NCBI GenBank assembly: GCA_951406725.2
Contig: OX597818.1
Location: 83,328,001 to 83,392,000 of the forward strand
Direction: 5' to 3'
Origin: Octopus vulgaris
Lineage: Eukaryota
Length of the DNA: 64,000 nt
Part shown: in pieces, positions 1-13,821 of the stretch
Layout of the letters: every line of letters begins with the position of its first letter
Numbering within the stretch: the stretch's first letter is position 1
Translations under genes and position numbers: made by a program
Notes under the pieces: model-generated
What the model saw: the letters and a program-made list of their open reading frames with translations, nothing else
What the model was told of the DNA's origin: nothing
Databases searched by the model: none

Positions 1-22
1 GATAGTCAGCTAGCTAGCTAGC

Positions 23-80
<58 letters not shown>
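1..80. repeat. (GATA)n microsatellite
   Basis: Direct tandem GATA run, preceded by (GCTA)n. Confidence 0.95.
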
Positions 81-81
<1 letters not shown>

Positions 82-129
82 GGAGAAACATACAAGAATT
101 TAGGTAGTGTCCTGTTACCGTATTATACC

Positions 130-566
130 GTTTACAGATCGAAAGTTTTAAACAAAAATTTTAGCAAAAGTTGGTAGGTCCAAGTGAAACAGCAGAATTT
201 GGAAAGATGGTGCCAAGGACTCCAAATTTGCCATCAAGATGTAGGACAAGATACTGTGATAGCCTGGGCTTCCGAGGCCCACAGCTCTTCAATATCCTCC
301 CGATGAATCTAAGAGACCCGCATGGGGTGGATGCAGATGTCTTTAAAATGAAACTGGATCTCTTCTTGTCAGGTATCCCAGATGAACCAACTTCACGGCA
401 GGAGGTGCAGATGAGGGCAGCTGCATCGAACTCTCTCATGCACCAAATGGCAGTTGCTAAAGAGCATTCTTGAAGTAAAACCATGTAGCAACACCAAATG
501 GCGGTGCCCCAGCATGGCCACAGCTCGTGAGCTGAAACTAGAATCAATCAATCAATCAATCAATCA
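130..566 (+). mobile_element. 3' end of a CR1-like LINE (ORF2 C-terminus, 3' UTR, (TCAA)n tail)
   Basis: ORF 171-473 contains GPQLFNILPMNLR...VFKMKLDLFLSGIPDEP, matching the FNxLP...FKxxLD ending of CR1-group ORF2. It is followed by a short 3' UTR with a hairpin (521-534) and a (TCAA)n tail. Confidence 0.75.
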
Positions 567-1001
567 TGGTGAGAATTTTAGAAGGTTAACATTACATGTC
601 TATGCTAAGTACGATATAGACTTGTACGCCAGAAAATGCATTATTAGCGTTAGATTGACACTGACAGATCAGACGTCTACTAAGAAGCGCTCCAAACGTA
701 ACCATCACATTTTAAAATGTATTTAGTAATATAGCAATATGTTTAACGGGTCCTTACTTTTTAAAGAGAAAGGATGTGATTGGGATGCCCAGGCTAATAG
801 GTCTTGAACAGTAAATTAAAACAGCTTTGTAATGCATGAACAGTGAGGGATAACGTGTGAAAAAAACAAGAGAAAGAGACACATACACACACACTCACAC
901 ACTCACACACATACGCACACTCACACTCACACAAACACACACGTATGTGAACAGTCAATATGTGACATTCCTGTTCTACAACATATACTTACACACATAC
1001 G

Positions 1002-1081
<80 letters not shown>

Positions 1082-1089
1082 CCTATCTA

Positions 1090-1518
1090 TCTATGTCCAA
1101 CAATTTCTGACCGGTGGGCTTGTGTCGAACAACTGCTGCCACGTGTGGGACGAGTCGGTTTATCAGCTGAGTCTATTGTCAATTTTGTCACGCCTCCTTC
1201 CTTCAAACGGGAAGGAAGAGCTTTTTTCATCATCCTTGTGGCTATGGCGAAAGACCGTGGTCTTTTTCGTAGGCTTTTCTTCCCACGGATAAACCTTACT
1301 TGCTTTCCCCTTTACACCATATATCATAACACTGTGATACACGATCCCTATTGATCGTTATGTTTTTCTCTTCCCCGTTTTTCCCCCTTTTTTCTTCTTT
1401 CTTCATTTCTCTTTTCTTTTGTTCCTTTTCCCCTTTTTTTTTATCCCCCAAAAGAAAAGCTCTACCTTGTAACTTGTCCCTTCTGTGTGCAGCCCTGTGT
1501 GGCCAATAAAGAAACTTA
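1090..1518 (+). mobile_element. Tx1/L1-like LINE 3' fragment (internally deleted) inserted in (TCTA)n
   Basis: Residual coding CPTISDRWACVEQLL...FFIILVAMAK, a T-rich 3' UTR, and AATAAAG before the TCTA repeats. Homologous to 3030-3518 on the minus strand. Confidence 0.6.
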
Positions 1519-1559
1519 TCTATCTATCTATCTATCTATCTATATGAATGAATGTTTTT

Positions 1560-1730
1560 ATATATAATGAACGTGAAACACAGGAAGGGACGAACACGGA
1601 ACACAGACAAATCATTCGAAGCCTTCAATCTTCAGTCAGACACCGAACCAAGACAGGAATGTGAACGCACAAGACGGATGTAAACACAAGAGACGAAAAC
1701 GAAATTAGGGTTTAAAATTGGACAAACAAA
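1560..1730 (-). repeat. Unclassified dispersed repeat, possibly Penelope pLTR-related
   Basis: Shares TCATTCGAAGCCTTyAATCTTCAGTCA with 29680-29707. Both copies start next to (TA)n. Confidence 0.4.
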
Positions 1731-1864
1731 CGGGGGGGGGGGGGGGGGTGCACGTAACGCCGCAATAATATAAGAATGAATGTTTTTATATATCTATCTA
1801 TCTACCTATCTGTCAGCCTTTCTGTCTGTCTGTCTATCTGTCTGTCTATCTATCGATCTATCTG

Positions 1865-1928
<64 letters not shown>

Positions 1929-2157
1929 CCTATCTATCTACCTATCTATATATCTCTTTCGCTCTCTCTCGATATATATATAGACAAAGAAATATCGAAA
2001 TATATAAAAATACACACATACATATATATTATATTCTATATGTGTCATTTTATGTGTGCCGCGTGCGCGCGTATGATTAAAATCGGTGGACCGACACTAA
2101 ACTGGTTGAAACCACAAAAACTTCAATCGGCCATTTTTGCTGAAGGGCATACTAAGA

Positions 2158-2221
2158 AAAGTGTCTAACTGAGGGTTCGGACCTATTTATGTCTGAAGAA
2201 ACTTATATTCTCAGCCACTTT
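2158..2221 (+). ncRNA. Degenerate type I hammerhead ribozyme relic
   Basis: Stem I AAAGTGTCTAA/TCAGCCACTTT (2 mismatches), core CTGAGGG (canonical CTGANGA), stem II TTCGGAC/GTCTGAA, then GAAA and an eroded stem III. Confidence 0.5.
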
Positions 2222-2306
2222 GTTTCCAGCTGATTACATTCAAATATTTCTACTCTACGGCCATATAGAGTACTAAATGTACTAGATAGCAATAATGTAC
2301 GTACCA

Positions 2307-2376
<70 letters not shown>

Positions 2377-2871
2377 ATGTGTATATATATATATATATAA
2401 TCTATGTACGTGCATACACACATATATATATATATATTTATATATATATACCTGTGTATATATATTGTGTTAGAAAAGTGGTACCATCTGATTCCCAGTC
2501 ATCTGTATATGCTAGTTAATGATTTTTCCCTATGTTTATCTGTGTTAAAATTGAACAACAATTCTCTTAGAGAAACTATGGATATGCTTTAATGAAATAC
2601 CTGATTTCTGAGGCAATGTAGGGCACTTCTACGTGTTTTAATTTTGACTAACACTTAGAAGAGGCTTTCAGCGTAAAATCACTTTGTATTACTTGCTTTT
2701 TTGTCTGCATAGAGGAGCAGAAAAAAACTGCAATTATAAAGCAGTTAAATGACTAATATTAGATTTCTTGGAAAAAAGAATCATTTTTAGTAAGATTTGT
2801 TTTATAAGCAAAGAATAGTACAGAGCATTACCAACAAGATTTGCCACTTGCAAACAATAGCGGTTGTATAT

Positions 2872-2986
<115 letters not shown>

Positions 2987-3029
2987 ATAGGTAATTATAT
3001 AGAGAGATAGATAGACAGATAATTAGGTA

Positions 3030-3518
3030 GATATGTTTCTTTATTAGCCACACAAGACTGAACATAGAGGGGTCAAATTACAAAGTAGAGCTTTTCATTT
3101 GGGGGGGGGAAAAAATGGGGGGTAGGTTTTCGATCAAAAGGGATCGTAAAAAAACGACCAATAGGGATCGTGTATCACAGAAATGTCATGATGTAAAGTG
3201 TAATGGGTGAATCAGATAAGGTTTATCCGTGGAAAGAAAAGCCTACACAAAAGACCATGGTAATCTCGGTCAATAATGTCACATGTTAGCACATTTATTT
3301 GCAAGTAAGTAACTCTCTGTTTTAAATTTTTCCGGGTTCATAGGATTATGCTCATGGTGGCTTCGTCATTCATACGTGTCGTCCTTGCTACAATCACCCA
3401 TCTTTTTTTTAAACTTGCCTCTCTACTCTCACTTTCCTTTTTAAGTGATACTTGAAGAAGTTGATGAGAAATTGACCAGAAAAGAAAGTGTTTGTCTCCA
3501 ATCCTTTCAGACGCATCT
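3030..3518 (-). mobile_element. Tx1/L1-like LINE 3' fragment inserted in (GATA)n
   Basis: Minus strand encodes RLKGLETNTFFSGQFLINFFKYHLKRKVRVERQV...RWVIVAR, then the same 3' UTR as 1250-1518. Flanked by TCTA repeats on its sense strand. Confidence 0.6.
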
Positions 3519-6500
3519 AGCTATCTAGATAAATTGATAGGTAGATAGGTTGGTAGATGGATAGATGGATGGATGGATGCATGGATGCATGGATGCATGG
3601 ACAGACTGTGAGGCAGATGGACAGCTAGCTAGCTAGATAGATAGGTAGATAGATAATTGGATAGTTAAATAACTAATTGCATAGATAAATGGTTCAACAC
3701 TCTGTTTGTGTGAATATTTTGAATGTACAATGTAGACGAAATAGTATTCAATATATAAATCATCGAGGTCTTGTTTTTTTTTTTCATATGTAGAATATGA
3801 TAGATTCGAGTGTTATTCTTGTACTAGAGCACATCTGACCATTATTTGTGTAATGAGTCAATAAACTTTGTGACGACATTTGTTTATGAATTATATTAAT
3901 TGATTCCACAAATTATGATAATGACATTAGAAAATTTTCAAAGGATGTCTCCTGCATGAAGAAAATATAATTAAGAGCGAGTTAAAATTTTTAATGTTGT
4001 GAGTCAAAAGAAAATTTTAATTAATTGTAATTACACTCGTAACAAGAGGAAAACATAATGTCATCGATGTTAATGAAACACCTTGTCAAAGAAAACAAGG
4101 GAGTGAACTCCAGAATTTAAGTTGATTCAATATTAAATTTTATGAGATACGTTATCCACTCTAGGTGCCTTATATGTGTAATTTCAATTTAATTATTCCT
4201 ATAGACCACAATTCCCTCTATATATATAAATGGAGGAAACACTATTCAGTAATTCACTATTATCATTATTTTAAGATATATAATTGATTGATAACTTTCA
4301 GAAAAGCACCATTTGTTTCTACTGAAAATCATTCTATGTTTCGGTAATTCTCTGGTAGACTGTACTTTGCTAAGGTGTTCAATGGCATCAAATCGTATTC
4401 GGAATTATACCTCTACTAGCCCAAAATGAAATCCTCGTAAATGCGTCATGTCTTGATTTACTTTTCAAACGTTTTATATTTTAGAATTCTATCCCTTGAA
4501 TTGTTTTAAAATGTCAAGTACTGACGCTAATGAATTTTTCTTATAACAATTGTACCTCCTGCTATGAAGCAGATTTTACATTTAGTATAAGCTGATTACA
4601 CTAAATTCGGAATTTAACAGCGCAGAAATAGTTATATTGGAATGACTGCAAACATGTTGAAAATAAGTAAAATAATAGTATGCATTCTTTCCTACTTATT
4701 GATAAAGACAATACGAATAATCTCTGAAATTTTAACCGGATGCATTTTTGATCTCAGAGTAGTCAGTTGAAAGTGACAAAGGTCAGGACAGTAATACTGT
4801 TATACTGATGTCCTAGTGAACACTTTGAATACTATAATCTTTGGAACATATCTATAAAGGCAACCACTTGACTCTGTACATTGACTTTGTACATCTGGAG
4901 TTTTAAATATGGGTATGTAAAAATTACTTTAGTATAAATTGATCAATTTTGTAACAGATTGAATAGGATGTATCTTGTGATTAGCAGAAAAAATAACACC
5001 TGAACTCAGAAATACATAATATTAAAGAGAAAATCGGAGCTATCACTACCAAAACTAATATCTCTTAAAATAATTGAGAACGTTTATTTTCAAAATGCAG
5101 ATATTATAATCCGTTTTCGTTTGCAGTGTGGCCTGCAGTGTTATACATATTCATGTTCATGTTTATACAAACATTCACATCTATATGTATCTTTACATTT
5201 TCATTTATCACTATATTTACGCTTAAATGTATAGAGACATCCATCTCTGATGATGTATAACTACACAATATTTTTTCAGAGTTACAACAGATTTAACGTT
5301 TTATCGTCATAATACGTGATCTCTACTCAACGCTGTTTGATAGATTCGAATGTACTAGAGCACTTACCAATCAAATTTTGTCCTTAGAAATCTCGATTCT
5401 AGACACATTTAGCAAACAATTTTAGAGCTGATTCAGAGTTACATCGACTAAATTTTCCCTTTTCTCTAAAATGGTTTGAAGTGATAAAATCATTGCTCTG
5501 TAGTAGCGGTGATCGTTGCTGTGGTTGTGACTCTGGTGGTGATGGTGGTGGTGTTGATAGAGTTAGTGATAAGGATTGACAATATTTCTATTGTGTAATG
5601 TCGTTAGTAAACAGCATGAAGATGTTTGTATTTCTAACATTGTTAATACCTCAGTAACGTCTGTTGATAGGTGCTGTATATTGATGTTCGTGTGTTATCA
5701 TATAGTATTACTGAGGTTTGTGCTAATGGTGGTATGTTGCACGATGGCAGTCATACTACTGTTATTTTGTTGTTGTTGCTCTCGTTCTTACTGTTGTTGC
5801 TTCATAGCACCAAATTCCGATTGAACAAACCTATAGGTAGATTCACCGTCGAAAATTATTGTTGTTCAAGATTTGGTTACTGTTGTTTTCATCGCAGTCA
5901 AGTTTGAATACATTCATGATCAAACCCATCCAACAACGACCATACCGTACATTTTGGTGTCTGCAGGACTACACTGCTAACAGTCTATAATGTTTTATTT
6001 TTCTGTGAATAATTTGGCTGTTCTTTGTAGCAAATGGAGCGAATGCTAGATCGTTTCGTTGAAGTGAAAACTATTATCAAATGCATTCAACCTTTGACCG
6101 TGATGCCATTTTTGTATATAAGGATCTACATTATCCTTTGTATACATTTTTGACAAGATGGTATGAGTATGCAGTGAAAGAGATTTAACTGCTATCTCTA
6201 GCAGATCAAGAAATTGCATAGAGAATCAATTGTGTGCACGTCTGTTTAGATTTCTTATTGAACAGTGCTGTAGAATATAAAATAGGTTATTATGTCTAAT
6301 CGCAGTATTTCTAATAGTGGTGAATTTACATAGAAGAGTTGATATGAGATATAATGGGTTTTATGGGTTAAATTGTAGTGATTGCTTGTTCTAGGATGTT
6401 GTTGAAGTTACTTAATAAGGTTGATGTTTTATATACTGGTAGTCTTATGCTATATAATGGGTTTTTTTCTAAGCTTTTGATGAAGTTACATCATAAATTT

Positions 6501-6859
6501 GATCTGTTTTATCCTCATCTTGTGTTAAATTGTAGGTTTGGTGTGCTCTAGGCTATTGTTTAATGGTAGTAAACCTCTATTATATTACACTTTCATGTGT
6601 TATTCAATAGATTTAATGTCTCTTAGTAGCGTCTACATATTATGTGCTGCGTGGTAAGAAAATTTGTTGTGAAATGACTTTTGTGTGATGATATATCAGA
6701 TTGAGACGAAAGATTTTTCGGATATTCACTTATGAAATTTAGCAACTTGTATCTACATATCATATCATTAATTTGATACAACTTGTCCAATCGTTGTTGA
6801 ATTGATTATTCTGTATATTTTCATATACAGCATATAAATATTATTTGGTTATTCTGTAT

Positions 6860-7560
6860 TTTACGTCTTTGATGATGAATGGTGAATAAATTGCAATTAG
6901 CGCTACGTTACGCTACCAGGAGAAAAAGGACTGTGTACAAGGGCAGAAGCAAAAGAAATTAATGATTTGGAAGTGCCAAGAACTGTGAACGAACATGTAA
7001 CACAAATCTTCTTCAGACGTTTCAAGGAATGTGACACTAGCTTCGAATACAAACCAAGGTCAGGGCAGCCTTCTGTGTCGAAGGTGGAGTCTTGTCTGAA
7101 ATGTTTGAACAGCAACCAAGCACAGGCATTAGTACATTGTAGGCAGCACTTGGTCCTTCACAAAGCATCATCAACCGACACCTCGAGAACCTCAGCCTTG
7201 TGAATAGACTGTGTTGACAAGTACCGTATGAAATGACATATGACCAAGCTCAAAGACGTGTGGACATTTACAAATAACTGTTAGCAAATCCTCGTGGCGT
7301 CCCAATTTGGTGTCCAATTGCAACAGGAGTTGAAAAATAGAGTTATTTTTCAGCCTGGCTTCAGAAGCTGCTGTTAAACAAGGGCATTTTGATCAAAAGA
7401 TAATGTATGTTTGCTAGAATTTCGAGGGGATGTTCAACGGTAACGTTTATGCCCAAAACCAGCGGCATATGATGCTTAAAAAGTCCCTTACCCAACATTG
7501 GTCGATCGACAACGCGCATTCCCACAGCTTGTTAATCCTGTAGGATAAAAGCCTTCATAG
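6860..7560 (+). mobile_element. Degenerate mariner transposase remnant
   Basis: AKEINDLEVPRTVNEHVTQIFFRRFKECDTSFEYKPRSGQP matches the mariner HTH region (..WFxRF..GD..LED.PRSGRP). Downstream VPYEMT and IATGVEK match WVPHEL and TGDEKW. Many stops and frameshifts. Confidence 0.8.
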
Positions 7561-7579
7561 CCATGAAATATGACTATAG

Positions 7580-7955
7580 AGATGCAGGCATGGCTGTGTG
7601 GTTAAAACGCTCACTTTGCAGCTTACGCGAGTTACCGCTATTGCACGTCACCTTGGACTAATGTCTTGTACAATAATTAGGTACCAGTCAATGCTTTTTG
7701 AGTGAATTTGGTTAATGGAATTTTTATGCGTATGTATGTGTATTTGTGTTTGTTTCCCGCACCGCTTCACGACTGATGTTGCTTTGTTCACTTTCACGTA
7801 GCTTAGCGATATAAACAGATGTATAGCAATATAAACCGATGTAATAAATACCACACTATAAAAAAGCATAAGTACTGATATCAATTTCTCTCAACTAACA
7901 AACTTCAATGGATTGCTCCAGCTTGGCCGCAATGAAAGAAGAAAAACAAAAAACT
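7580..7955 (+). mobile_element. tRNA-derived SINE, family A (degenerate)
   Basis: GCAGGCATGGCTGTGTGGTTAA head, internal (TG)n, and tail homologous to 18334-18700. Confidence 0.65.
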
Positions 7956-8379
7956 ACGTCGGTGTACCACTAATAATAGAACATTCCTGATTAAATGTTT
8001 TGCTTTGAAATATATCGCATGACTTTTAAGATTGTTAGAACCCCGGGCAAGATGCTCCGCGGCATTTCATCAGTTTTTACTTTATGGTTTAAAACTTCAC
8101 CGAGGTCGACCTTGCTTTTCATCCTTTCGGGGTCAATAAGATAAGTATCGCTGGGATCAGCGTAATTGAATTACCATTCCCCCTAAATTGCTGGTGTTGT
8201 GCCAAAATAATGAAACAAATATATCATATGACCTTTAGTCCTTTCTTGAAGAACACAGTCTGAAATATTTGAGTATACGCACAAGCTGCTCCTTTTGATA
8301 TATACCAACATTACACAAATATAAATGACACTTATGCCTTGCAGAAGGTCAGCAAATATTCAAAGTTAAAGGAGTTCCT

Positions 8380-8880
8380 TGTCCTAAACAGAAAGCCAAA
8401 CCTTTGAGATATAATTTTGGCTATGATACTGACAAGTGGTTACAACGAAAGGTCATGAGAGACTGTGAGACCTAGCTTTTGTAAAGTTTGTGAAGATTTT
8501 TCAAAAGTCTTGTATACATGTCGGGCGTTGTTATATTGTGTGTTAGAGCTGGCTAGTTATGGCATGGTGGTTTGTAAATTCTCTGATAATTAGTGATGAA
8601 GTAGAATGTCCGTATCATAGTAAAGATCTATCTTAATCGATCAGCTTTCCTAATAACTGTACGTGATTGGACTGGCAAACTACCGATCATTTTCACATTG
8701 TAGATGAGCATTCATGTGTAGCGAGTTCAAGTGAAGAGCAAGGCGGTCTAATTTTGAAAAGATCGTTTTTGTATGTTTATCAATGCATTTCAAGAAGATT
8801 GCATTAACAAACAAACTTTCAGGATCAGCCAATTTTACATCCATTTCAGGCAGTTGAAATGCTTTCACAGACGTTATTCA
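8380..8880 (+). pseudogene. Possible very old hAT-like transposase N-terminal remnant
   Basis: Fragmented peptides DKWLQR...SFCKVCEDF...DH...H.C resemble a TTF-type zinc finger. Multiple frameshifts make this a weak call. Confidence 0.25.
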
Positions 8881-8919
8881 ATGAAAGGAAATTTAATTCG
8901 GTTCCTACTTATTGGAATA

Positions 8920-9720
8920 AAATACGGGAAGAAAGAAGGAGATGGAAAATGAATAGAGAGGAGACAGAGAGACAAAGAAAAGGAGAGAAAGAGATGGGGT
9001 AGAGGCATAAAGTGAAAGAGCGTGAACTAGATAAAAGCGAACTACAAGGTATGAAGAAAGAAAAAAAGGAAGAAAGAAAGACAGAAATAGAGAAAGTAAT
9101 TATGAATGAAATTCACTAAAGAATTGTAATGACTGATAGAGAGGAAAGAAGAAAGAGGAAGAGAGAGAAAGATTAGTGAAGAATAGAGAGCAGAGAGAGG
9201 GGAAAAGCAAAGAGGGGGAGAAGGAAAGCAATGAAAAGGAGAGGAAGAGCAATAAAGGGAAGAGAGATCGATGACGGATGGAGTGCAATGAAAGGGAGTG
9301 TGAGCAATGGGTGGCAGAGGTGGATCAAGGAAACGTAGATGGAGAGGGCAAGAAATGGTAAAGACTACGAGAGAGAAGTAATGAGCGAATGTACCTAAGT
9401 GAATATGTGAATGATAGAAACAGAGATATCGGAAGAGACACGGAAAGCAGGAAAGAAGGTAGATAGGAACTCTGGGTGTAGGAAAAGGAAGGAAAGATGA
9501 CAGAGAATAGCAATAACGGAGAGAGAAAGAAAGAGAGATAAGGGGATATACATATATATGTATGAGGGGGATTGAGTGAGAGACTAAGAGACAGAGAGTG
9601 AGAGAGGGATGGGAAAAGGCGGATAAAGAGAAAGCAAGCAACAAAGAGGGGAAACAAGAACAGAGATTAAATAGCTGGGATGATAGTGAGAACAAGTAAG
9701 GGGAGGAAGATAATTCCGCT
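8920..9720. repeat. Purine-rich (GA) low-complexity tract, followed by mixed (TA)n/(TACA)n to ~11470
   Basis: Composition visible directly. Confidence 0.85.
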
Positions 9721-9748
9721 TCTTCCTCCAAGTATGCATTGGCTATAC

Positions 9749-9809
<61 letters not shown>

Positions 9810-9832
9810 AGGCTCTATATATGTACATATAT

Positions 9833-9890
<58 letters not shown>

Positions 9891-10109
9891 TACATACATA
9901 TATTTATATGATTATATATATACATGTGTATATATATATATGCATATCTCTATATGTACATACACATATAAATGTGCATATATATGTATTTATATATACA
10001 TATATATATCATATTTATATATATATATATGCATACATACCTACATATATATATATATATATATATATGTACATGCATATATATATATATATATACATGC
10101 ATATGTATA

Positions 10110-10141
<32 letters not shown>

Positions 10142-10532
10142 CATACATATATATACATGTGGGTGTTCGTATGTACGTATGTCGGTAGATAGGTCGATAT
10201 CTATGGATGTACGTAACTATACATTTATATAGAGACATATTTACATACACACACATATATTCCTATGTATATGCTTATGCATTTTCAGATTTATGGTTAA
10301 GCATAAACAGCAAAATATTAGGTTGCGTAATGATATTGAATTTGAGAAGAATCGATAAAGTAGTACTTTAATAAAATAAAAATATACAAAACATGAAGAT
10401 GATTACAGAGCAAAAGGAAAACTCTAAGAGATATGGAGAACGAATACACATACATTACACACGTTCACACACAAACGTATAAATATAGAGGGACCTGCCT
10501 GAGTGTCCGTGAAAGTGTGTGTGCGTATGTGT

Positions 10533-10575
<43 letters not shown>

Positions 10576-10763
10576 TGTGGGTGATATAGTTTATTCAATA
10601 GGTTTAATGTATAAGTAAAGAAACTTTGCTTTCGCTAATTCATCGATTGCCTCCTTCAGAGGAGCTATCTAGAAATTTGTGTAAGCGGAGTTTCTTTGCT
10701 AAAGCATTAAATCGGTAAAATAAAACTATTTCTCTCTTTCTGTATGTGAGAGTATAAATATGC

Positions 10764-10850
<87 letters not shown>

Positions 10851-11741
10851 TGTACTTATGTATATACATACGTACAAACATACATATTTATATATATATA
10901 TATATGTATGTATGTACTTATGTATATACATACGTACAAACATATATACATACGTATGTGTATATATATATATGTATATTTATATGTATGTATGTATATA
11001 CATATACATACACACAAATATGCGAAGAAAGGGAGAAGAACTGTGGGAAGGAGGGAGAGAGGGGAGCTACGTAGATGTTTATACATAAAGAAGCCGAGAT
11101 TTATTGAATAGAATGAAATTTTAATGAGAATGCTTTATGAATATATGCAGATGCATATGTTAGTATATGTGTATATAAATGTGTTTGTTTGCCTATTTAC
11201 AGATAAACACTCAATCGCACACACACACATACATATATACACTCATATATACATACATACGCACATGCATACATACATACATACATACATTTATGCCTCT
11301 ATATGTGTATGAGTGTGTGTTAGTGTGTGTATTCATTCCATGGATGGTACTTACAAGATTCTTATTCTTTCCATTTCCAATTTCACCATTGTTTAAATGG
11401 AATTATTAAATATAAGACATATATATATGTGTGCGCGTGTGTATGTATGTATATATGCATGTATGTATGTATGTATATACAACAGCACTGGTGTCAAGAT
11501 AGTTTACCATTAGACTGTTTCTTAATAGTTGATAAATTACTGTTGACTACTTAAGTGCAGGGAGGAAGTGAATATAAGAATATATTTAGGAAGATGCTCA
11601 AGTCATTGAGCGTAAGATAAAAATACTAAATGAAATGCAAGGAAAAAGCAAAGGAACAAATATCTATTGTCTCCTGACCTGTCAATAGTCAGTGTAATGC
11701 GGCATTGGAGTAGTTAGTTACAAACAAAGAGTCTCTTATCA

Positions 11742-12651
11742 AAAGCGACGATCTGGCAGAAACGTTAGCACGCCGGGCGAAATGCTTAAAGTTATTTAGT
11801 CTGTCTCTACGTTCTCAGTTCAAATCCCACCGAGGTCGACTTTGCCCTTCATCCTTTCGGGGTCGATTAAATAAGTACCAGTTACGCACTGGGGTCGATA
11901 TAGTCGACTTAATCCGTTTGACTGTCCTTGTTTGTCGTCCCTGTGTTTAACCACTTGTGGGTAGTAAAAAATAGGTATTTCGTCCGTCTTTAAAGGCGAC
12001 GAGCTGGCAGAATCGTTCGGGTGAAATGCTTAGCGGTATTTCGTCCGCCGTTAAGTTCTGAGTTCAAATTTCGCAGAGATCGACTTTGCCTTTCATCCAT
12101 TTCGGGTCAATTTGTTTGTCGTTCCTGTCTTTAGCCACTTGTGGGTAGTAAAAAATAGGTATTTCGTCTGTCTTTGCGTTCTCAGTTCAAATTCCGTCGA
12201 GGTCGACTTTGCCTTTCATCCTTTCGGGGTCAATTAAATAAGTACCAGTTACGCACTGGGGTCGACATAATCGACTTAATCCGTTTGTCTGTCCTTGTTT
12301 GTCCTCTCTGTGTTTAGCCCCTTGTGGGTAGTAAAGTAATAGGTATTTCGTCGGCCGTTACGTTTTGAGTTCAAATTCCGCTGAGGTCGACATTGCCTTT
12401 CATCCTCTCCGAGTCTATATGCTTAGCCCCTTGTGGGCATTAAAGAAATAATAAACGTTAGCACGCCGGGCGAAAAGTTTGACAGTATTTTGTCGGTCTT
12501 TACGTTCTGAGTTCAAACGTCACCGAGAGCGAATTTACCTTTCATCCTTTCGCGGTCGATAAATTAAGTACCAGTTGCGTACTAGGGATCGATCTAATCG
12601 ACTGGGTACTCTCCCAAAATTTCGAACCTTGTACCTAGAGTAGAAAAGAAT
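11742..12651 (+). mobile_element. Tandem array of SINE family B (Meta/MESC-like central domain)
   Basis: About five partly truncated units with head GGCGAGCTGGCAGAAACGTTAGCACGCC, B-box-like GAGTTCAAATTCC, and central GCCTTTCATCCTTTCGGGGTCGATAAATTAAGTACCAG. Confidence 0.85.
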
Positions 12652-13226
12652 CTTTTACTTGTTTACGTTATTAGACTTCGGTTATGCTGGGGCACCGCTT
12701 TAAGAAGTTTTGTTTCAAGTCTCGTGCTCATTCCATCCGTCTGTTTTGCCGAACCGCTATTTACTGGGACTTAAGCATATCAATAGTAGTTGTCAAGCAG
12801 TGGTCGTGGGACAAACACAGACACAAAACCATTCCCATACATACATACATACATACATACATACATACATACATACATACATACATACATGCATACATAC
12901 ATACATACATACATACATACATACATACATACATACATACATACATACATCTCTTAAATAGTATTATTTTCTACTGTAGGCAAATGCCCGCAACTTTTGG
13001 GGAGTGGGGGCCAGTCGATTAGATCGACACATGTACGCAACTGGTACTTAATTTATCGATCCCGAAATGATGAAATGCAAAGTCGACCTCGGCGGGATTT
13101 GAACTCAGAACGTAAAGACAGACAGAATACTAATAAGCATTTCGCCCAGCGTGCTAACGTTTCTGCCAGCTCGCAGCCTCTGCGTACATACATATAGTCA
13201 TACATACATACATACATATATATGGG

Positions 13227-13299
<73 letters not shown>

Positions 13300-13410
13300 A
13301 TTCAGTTTCTGTCTATGAAATCCACACCTAAAGTTTTGGTCAGCGCTGGGCTGAAATAGAAGATACTTGCCCAAGGTGCTATGCAATGGAATTATGTGGT
13401 TATAGAGCAA
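12652..13410 (-). mobile_element. Family A SINE interrupted by a family B SINE (12965-13178, minus) within its internal microsatellite
   Basis: Family A tail at 12652-12830 and head region at 13300-13410. The family B copy lies between (CATA)n tracts. Confidence 0.7.
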
Positions 13411-13821
13411 ATTTGTTTAAGCAATTCTTTGTGGAATGATTAGGAGAATGTTAGGAGAAAGTGAATTATAGAAGGGATGTTGGGAAGGAATCTGGAATGG
13501 TGTTAGAATAGTTGACGTGTCGACTGAGATAAAGATTTTCTTTGTAGTTCGTTTCGCAATTGGGCCATTGGAATCGACTAATTTTGTTGAGAAAGTAAGT
13601 ATTGTGTGGGTAATTAATTTAAACCAGCGCCATGGAAGAAACACCGCGGCCGACTATAGATGTCACTTGCCCTGGAGACAGTAGGTTTATTGATAAAGAA
13701 GAAAATATAACTGAAGATATTTGAAGCTCTGAGAAGTGAAACAACAACAACAACAACAACAACAAAAATGCGGTCAATTGGTCACTGAAAAAGTGTATTA
13801 TGTCAATAATTGTTCGCGCCT

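Noticed and set aside
4296-4350. Possible small exon (TTCAG..GTAATT) in the unique AT-rich region 3.7-5.5 kb
   Set aside because: Such splice-like sites occur by chance, and there is no homology or second supporting exon.
10620-10670. Minus-strand CTGAAGGA..GCGAAAG hammerhead-like string
   Set aside because: Stem II is poor and stems I and III cannot be formed.
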